A stretch of DNA of 63,523 nucleotides, counting the filler, from Octopus bimaculoides (Eukaryota), in NCBI RefSeq assembly GCF_001194135.2. It is 4 parts of 3 records of this genome, joined end to end, with 100 filler letters (N's around TTAATTAATTAA, not from the genome) between each part and the next. Parts side by side here need not be neighbours in the genome. Positions count along the whole stretch, not along the records: positions 57,804 to 63,523 come from NC_068995.1; 3 more parts are not named here. The stretch is one strand, 5' to 3'. Under the pieces are notes generated by a model. The model searched no databases. It was given only the letters and a program-made list of their open reading frames with translations, and was not told the DNA's origin. Shown here piece after piece: positions 62,058 through 63,523 of the stretch. Within the stretch, counting starts at the first letter, position 1. Every line of letters begins with the position of its first letter. The translations under genes were made by a program, and so were the position numbers.

Positions 62058-62410
62058 TGTAGTGGCGCGTGTGGCCGCCATCTTGGGAAGTGCCATTGTG
62101 CATGTGCAAGGGACTTGCCGTCAGCGGAAGTACCCGAGCACGCAAAACGGAATCTCTCATACAACTCGTCAAAAATGAAGAGACGACAAAAAAAAACACA
62201 ACACAAGAGACGAGGGAATGGAACAACCAACTGCAACAGTTTTCTTACCCCGGAGAAAAATACCTTACAGCCTGGAAACTGAACCATCAACTACTATGAC
62301 ACGAGCCGTCACTTATTTCTCTCACCCACGTGTTTTTCTTTCAACACCAACTGAGGCCGAGAAAAGAACAAACGAGTGAGCAGTGATTTTTCTTTACGTC
62401 TGACTCCACA
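62058..62410 (+). mobile_element. Putative 5' LTR of a Ty3/Gypsy element
   Basis: Starts TG, ends CA, followed by TGG, upstream of gag-pol; the partner LTR lies outside the window and PBS complementarity is unverified. Confidence 0.6.
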
Positions 62411-62559
62411 TGGCTTGAAAAACAGAAAAAAAAACAAACAACGTTGCTTCCATCTATTGTCTTACAGGACAACACACAAAGAAAAAACAAAAATACNNNN
62501 NNNNNNNNNNNNNNNNNNNNNNNNNNNNNNNGTCAACAATATTTTTTTCTACAGACAGT

Positions 62560-63119
62560 ACAAAGCAACACCTTCTGAGGTCTAACCGCTGACCACAGAG
62601 CACACAGCCAGTTCCAGCGACGACACGACAATAGCCTCATGGAGACCCAACACTTCGTTCAGCAGCTTACGGACCTCCATCTTCATCGCCTCCAGCTTCT
62701 TAGGGTCGACACCAACTTCTTGCTACGTACACAGCAACCAACAGCACTCGCACAGGTTCTATCTCAACACTGTTTGTGAATTATTTCACCATGGTTAACA
62801 GCGAATACAACCTGCGAGAACTCCTGTACCAAGTAACCGGCAGCAGCATTGAAGCCACAACCTCTCACTACAATGTACTGAGTCCTCTCCTTTGTCCAAC
62901 AACGACATTCTTGGCAGGCTCGATGACCTCACACGTCGCTTGGACGACCTCTGCCGCTCTCGCTTGAAGTCACGGAGCAGCTCACGTTCTCGCAGTACTT
63001 CTCGAAATCGGGGGACAAACAGAACTCAAAATGGTATGTGCTGGTACCATGAGACCATCTCACACAAGGCGCGAAGATGTATTCAGCCTTGTTCTTTCAA
63101 ACAACCGGGAAACGCGTAA
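62560..63119 (+). mobile_element. gag: Gypsy gag remnant (C-terminal part intact)
   Basis: RS-rich stretch, then CWYH..KARRCIQPCSFKQPGNA*; upstream frames are disrupted. Confidence 0.85.
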
Positions 63120-63147
63120 AGGGGAAAATGAGCACGTCACTTTCCTC
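63107..63147 (+). other. -1 programmed ribosomal frameshift signal
   Basis: G GGA AAC in the gag frame, 7 nt spacer, hairpin 63121-63147; pol is in the -1 frame. Confidence 0.8.
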
Positions 63148-63523
63148 CACTCAACCAACTTTCAATCGTGCAATATTCATTCAGGACCAGGTGTCGAAGG
63201 AATTCTTCATGATTGACACTGGTTCCTGTTGTAGCATTTGGCCACTTCGCCTTACTGTGGACAAACCTCGCCGCTCGGCGATTATTTTGCACGCCGTTGA
63301 CTCGTCCCCGATTCCTACCTTTGGTCAGCTTTCTCTACGCCTAGACATCGGTCTTCGTAGAGACTTTCAATGGGTTTTTGTCATAGCTGACATTCCACAT
63401 CCTATTTTGGGTGCGGGTTTCTTAAATCACTTCCAGTTGTTGGTAGATGTCCGACGTCTGAGGCTTGTCGACGACTCGACATCCCTTTCCACGCCGGCGA
63501 GGAGCTCTACCAACTCCCCTCTT
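63110..63523 (+). mobile_element. pol: Gypsy pol 5' part: aspartic protease, open to the window end
   Basis: FMIDTGSCCSIWP (DTG at 63215-63223) .. FQWVFVIADIPHPILGAGFL. Confidence 0.92.

Overview
AT-rich eukaryotic genomic DNA, very likely octopus. That assignment is inferred from the SINE families and extreme microsatellite density, not from a database search. About 8 kb is N. Three identical synthetic spacers (44 N + TTAATTAATTAA + 44 N) split the window into four joined blocks: 1-24110, 24211-50567, 50668-57703 and 57804-63523. Most of the sequence is repeats: four tRNA- or LINE-tail SINE families, RTE LINE fragments, R4/Dong-like LINEs sitting in (TAA)n, several MITEs, a mariner 3' end, and a Ty3/Gypsy 5' end running off the right edge. 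I recognise no host gene by name. Several small minus-strand exon candidates with good splice sites lie in CpG-depleted regions (best pair 59018-59043 and 59117-59171). Best observations: (1) a minimal type I hammerhead ribozyme motif (49063-49101, minus) next to Penelope-like pseudo-LTR repeats with long inverted arms, an architecture found at two loci; (2) a complete -1 frameshift signal at the Gypsy gag-pol junction; (3) sharp CpG-decay domains readable from a single SINE family; (4) a candidate exon with an in-frame TAG that is either a splice acceptor or, speculatively, an A-to-I recoded Trp. I cannot demonstrate a new biological system from sequence alone. Repeat boundaries are approximate unless a TSD or TIR is quoted, and identities were estimated by eye.
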